Assembly (NCBI GenBank): GCA_965249555.1
Contig: OZ252243.1
Coordinates: 1,600,001 to 1,664,000, forward strand
Direction of reading: 5' to 3'
Source: Nitrosopumilus sp.
GTDB taxonomy: Archaea; Thermoproteota; Nitrososphaeria; Nitrososphaerales; Nitrosopumilaceae
DNA: 64,000 bases
Numbering within the stretch: the first letter of the stretch is position 1; each line of letters begins with the position of its first letter. The notes below the pieces were generated by a model. It saw only the letters and a list, made by a program, of their open reading frames with translations. It searched no databases and was not told the DNA's origin. Both the position numbers and the translations under genes were made by a program. Below are positions 60,460-64,000 of this stretch, one piece after another.

Positions 60460-60790
60460 TGTAAGTTTAACTCAGACACTATATTTTCCCAAGGAGTAAA
60501 CACTTTGAATGGAATTATATCATTTGGCATGTCATCGTAATTCAAGTCAAAACATATCTCAGTCATATTATAGATATATGAAAAGTATCCATGTGAATTG
60601 TTTTTAAACATTTCCTACTTTTTTGCATCCCAAGGCATAGCTTTCGCTAGGGAATGCTTTCAAACAAAAGATGACGGACATGTATCCATACGAGGCTTTA
60701 ACCTCAATGCTATCTTCATCCCTTTGTTAGGATTATTCGCAGTTATTGACCGAGGCTTGTCCCTCACTAATTACAACGCGACTTGAAGTC

Positions 60791-61092
60791 CTAACTGTAA
60801 TTCTGTACAAATTCTCTCCTCTCTTTTAGCATCCAATAAATCACTCGCAGGATCTTTGATGATGCGGCAACTGCAGCCTTTGATGAACCTCTCTTTTTCT
60901 TAATGCGATTGTAAAATTTTGTAATGTCGCTGTTCTTGTCATGTATTGCATGAGTATGGACGCATTGGACAAGGGCCCATCGTAACGTCATGCTTCCTCT
61001 TTTGGTTATACGGCCATGGTGTATTGTGTCTGCAGAGTTTCTGACTGATGGCACGACTCCTGCATATGCGCATAACTTGTGAGAGTTGTTGA
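60791..61092 (-). pseudogene. C-terminal fragment of an IS110-family transposase
   Basis: FNNSHKLCAYAGVVPSVRNSA...GRITKRGSMTLRWALVQ...KAAVAASSKILRVIYWMLK. Confidence 0.85.
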
Positions 61093-61812
61093 ATCATTTT
61101 GTAGATCAAATAATTGACATAATTAAAGATAAGAAAATAGGAACGCTAGAATGGATTAGAAATTACAAAACATTAGATAGAAAAAGAAAAATGCCAAAAT
61201 AGATTTGTTTAGATTATAATTCAAACACTGCTCTTAACAAGAATTCAAGCTGCTTATCAGGACCCGAGTCTTAATTTTACTCCTGAATAGCATCAAAATA
61301 TATGGATAATTCATATTTTAATAAAAACATATCTTTGCTATTCAGATTTAGTCTAGTTTGGGGTTGGGAACAATAACGACCTGAGTGAATGAATCTATTA
61401 GGTATATTGGTTCTCCTCTCCTGTCTTTATATTTTGTTCTATGTGCAGATATCACTTGAGTAAAAATTTTAATTTTTATCCCCTCATCTAAATTATATTC
61501 GTTAAATTCTTGAGATATAGTATTTATTCTCATATTACGCTTTTCTATACCATCTATCAATTCTTTTCCAGTGTAAACTTTATCACTTTTTGGTCCAGTT
61601 AAAGATTCATCAGCTTCTACAATCGTGATAGTTTGTGCATCAACATTTAAGGTCGTTTTCTCATTTATTTTTTTTTACAACACGTTGGACAATAGTACGT
61701 AATTTTAAAATACTATTATCTTGTAATTCGTATTAGATCTAGGGTTCTTTATCTATATTGAATTTAACATAATGACCCATACAATCTAAATTATATTGAT
61801 ATTAATAAAAGA

Positions 61813-62157
61813 TCATATTTGTATAATGTCATTTTTAATTTTATTTATAACATCATCATATAATGATGGTTTTATACTTGTTAATTTTTTTACAATTAAA
61901 GTTTTTTTTATTGTTGCTACACGATGACACATTATTTGGGATTGTTCACTCAGCATTTTTGATGCATAGTCATTATTTTTAATGGGTATGAGGAAAGGCG
62001 ACTTCGTTTGGCTCGTTGTAATTCCCACACATATAACAAAATCTGTATTATCGTGAAGTATTTTTCTAGATATAATTAATAGAAGCCTGTATTTTATTAT
62101 AGTTTGATCTGGATAATTTGGATTTGCTAAAATTATTTCTTTATGATCATAATTCAA
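61813..62157 (-). CDS. PemK/MazF-like toxin
   Basis: YPDQ..KYRLLLIIS...VICVGITT pattern and size. Confidence 0.7.
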   Translation of the reverse strand: MNYDHKEIILANPNYPDQTIIKYRLLLIISRKILHDNTDFVICVGITTSQTKSPFLIPIKNNDYASKMLSEQSQIMCHRVATIKKTLIVKKLTSIKPSLYDDVINKIKNDIIQI

Positions 62158-62166
62158 TAATATTAT

Positions 62167-62418
62167 TTAATAATCTACATTCATAAGGTTTTTGTTGATA
62201 AGATCAATATCTTTTTCAGCTTGAGATATATCTTCATTTTCTTCTAAACCAGTAGATACAGTACATGAATCATCATTAAATTGTGTGTTAGTTGTTTGGA
62301 TTACAACTGTTTTTTCAAACTCATAATCTTCTTGTGTATTTTGAAAATTCAAAACTTTAGATTCAATCTCAAAAACTTGAGGATTTTGAGTCATATTTGT
62401 ATATATGGCAATATGCAT
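62167..62418 (-). CDS. Small acidic hypothetical protein (possible antitoxin)
   Basis: Directly upstream of the PemK-like gene on the same strand; acidic. Confidence 0.4.
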   Translation of the reverse strand: MHIAIYTNMTQNPQVFEIESKVLNFQNTQEDYEFEKTVVIQTTNTQFNDDSCTVSTGLEENEDISQAEKDIDLINKNLMNVDY

Positions 62419-62947
62419 ATAAAACTATTTGCTAATCTGGCTGTCAAATGAAAAGGACAGTTGCTGGATTAAGATGCTCCCTCAGAACACTTGATTTTTT
62501 AGTGTTTGATTAAGTGTTGTGATATATTGTACTTTGTGTTGATTTGCCTACTCTGTTTTAGTATTATCACAATTGGATTCATGTTCTAATTGCCCATTTT
62601 TATCATATTCCTTTGACCGCAGTTCATTCCAATTATCACCATAATTCATTTCAAAATGCAATACTTCATTTTCAAGATATCTTTTTTCCATTCTCATCAT
62701 AATATGTTTCTGGACATAATACGATATTTTCATGATTACCTATTTGTAAATTTTTCTTCCCATTCTCTTGAAATCATGAAAATTTGGAAATGATATTAAG
62801 ATACAAGTGTCCACTACTGCTGATAATGATGCTGAAACAATAAAGTAGATCAAAAAATTTCTGTTAATTTATAATAACTGTTGGTTTAGTTTCATAATTT
62901 TTCTGATGTTTAACAACTAATATTTCATATTAACTGATACCTAAATT

Positions 62948-63502
62948 ATGAAAAAGAGATGTGAATGGGCAAAAGATGATCTAAACATCACATATCACGA
63001 TAAGGAATGGGGAAAGCCACAACATGATGATCAAAAGTTATTTGAATTTCTAATACTAGAAGGGGCTCAAGCTGGTTTATCTTGGAGTACTATTCTCAAA
63101 CGTAGGGATGGCTATAGAAAGGCATTTTCTAATTTTGATGCTCTAAAAGTCTCAAAATACACTCAAAAACACATCAAAAAACTACTCAAAGACGAATCTA
63201 TCATTAGAAATAAACTGAAAATTGCTTCTGCCATTAACAATGCCAAACAGTTTCTCAAAATTCAAAAAGAATTTGGTTCATTTGACAAGTATCTGTGGGG
63301 GTTTGTTGAGCACAAACCAATCAAAAACAAATTCAAAAAACTATCTGATCTGCCTGCAACAACTGAAATTTCAGAGAAACTCAGTCAAGATCTCAAAAAA
63401 CGAGGATTCAATTTTGTTGGGCCTACAATCTGTTATGCATTAATGCAGGCAATAGGCATGGTAAACGATCATACATCCCAATGCTTTCTGTATCAAAAAT
63501 AA
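62948..63502 (+). CDS. tag: DNA-3-methyladenine glycosylase I
   Basis: RCEW, YHDKEWG, EGAQAGLSW, IIRNKLKI and GMVNDH motifs. Confidence 0.96.
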   Translation: MKKRCEWAKDDLNITYHDKEWGKPQHDDQKLFEFLILEGAQAGLSWSTILKRRDGYRKAFSNFDALKVSKYTQKHIKKLLKDESIIRNKLKIASAINNAKQFLKIQKEFGSFDKYLWGFVEHKPIKNKFKKLSDLPATTEISEKLSQDLKKRGFNFVGPTICYALMQAIGMVNDHTSQCFLYQK

Positions 63503-63531
63503 TTTTTAAACTAGAATAATTATCTAAATTT

Positions 63532-63903
63532 GTGTCTGAAGGAAAATTTGCAACCTCTATTTCCTGTATAGATGGTAGAATACAACTTCCATTAGCAAAA
63601 TGGATCAAAGAAAATTATTCTGTTGACTATGTAGATGCAATTACAGAACCAGGTGTAGATAAGAATGTCACAAGAGATTCTATATCTGCATCACTCAAAA
63701 CTAAAGCTACGATATCTATTCGTGCTCACAAATCAGAACTAATTGTTTTTTCTGGGCATTATAATTGTGCAGCAAATCCCGTTTCTGATGAGGAGCATAT
63801 TGAATTTATTAAAAAAGGAGTAGAGGTAATCTCCTCATGGAATTTAGGTGCAAAAGTTGTCGGTGTTTGGGTTGATGATTCCTGGACTGTTAATGCTATT
63901 TAG
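63532..63903 (+). CDS. Putative beta-carbonic-anhydrase-like protein
   Basis: CIDGR and HYNC metal-ligand motifs. Confidence 0.7.
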   Translation: MSEGKFATSISCIDGRIQLPLAKWIKENYSVDYVDAITEPGVDKNVTRDSISASLKTKATISIRAHKSELIVFSGHYNCAANPVSDEEHIEFIKKGVEVISSWNLGAKVVGVWVDDSWTVNAI

Positions 63904-64000
63904 ATTTCAGAAGGTTTTTTAAATACAATGAATGAGAAATTATCTCGCTTTTCAAAGACTGCAGGTACTGGAATATTATTTGCAAGTACTGCCATTAATT

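Noticed and set aside
59210-62900. Integrated provirus at tRNA-Arg
   Set aside because: No integrase and no duplicated tRNA 3' end seen; a core-like CBS gene follows the tRNA directly

Overview
Archaeal chromosomal window, most consistent with a Nitrosopumilaceae (ammonia-oxidising Thaumarchaeota) genome, judged from archaeal ribosomal proteins eS24/eS31, SRP54, Pus10, the archaeal ADH-synthase/DHQ-synthase-II shikimate route and Thaumarchaeota-style secreted proteins. Positions 1-27.9 kb form an accessory, defence-rich region: the 3' part of a giant Ig-repeat surface protein; a divergent PurD-like ATP-grasp ligase flanked by two unannotated Zn-finger micro-ORFs; a hidden 3-repeat mini CRISPR array with a distinct 36-bp repeat; a 61-repeat CRISPR array; a type I-B cas locus whose cas1 is split by an IS1595 element and whose cas2 tail is hit by an IS66 element; and further IS debris. 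Positions 28-59 kb are mostly core genes (dph6, srp54, pus10, rps24e/rps27ae, apgM, thiDN, thiC, aro cluster, mqnC/ubiD, bcp, aquaporin). They include an unannotated box C/D sRNA predicted to methylate C34 of a CAU-anticodon tRNA and a 32-aa very basic micro-ORF. After tRNA-Arg(GCG) there is a small variable island with an IS110 remnant that retains a bridge-RNA-like 3' region, plus a PemK/MazF-like toxin. All calls come from manual reading and motif recognition; no database searches were run.
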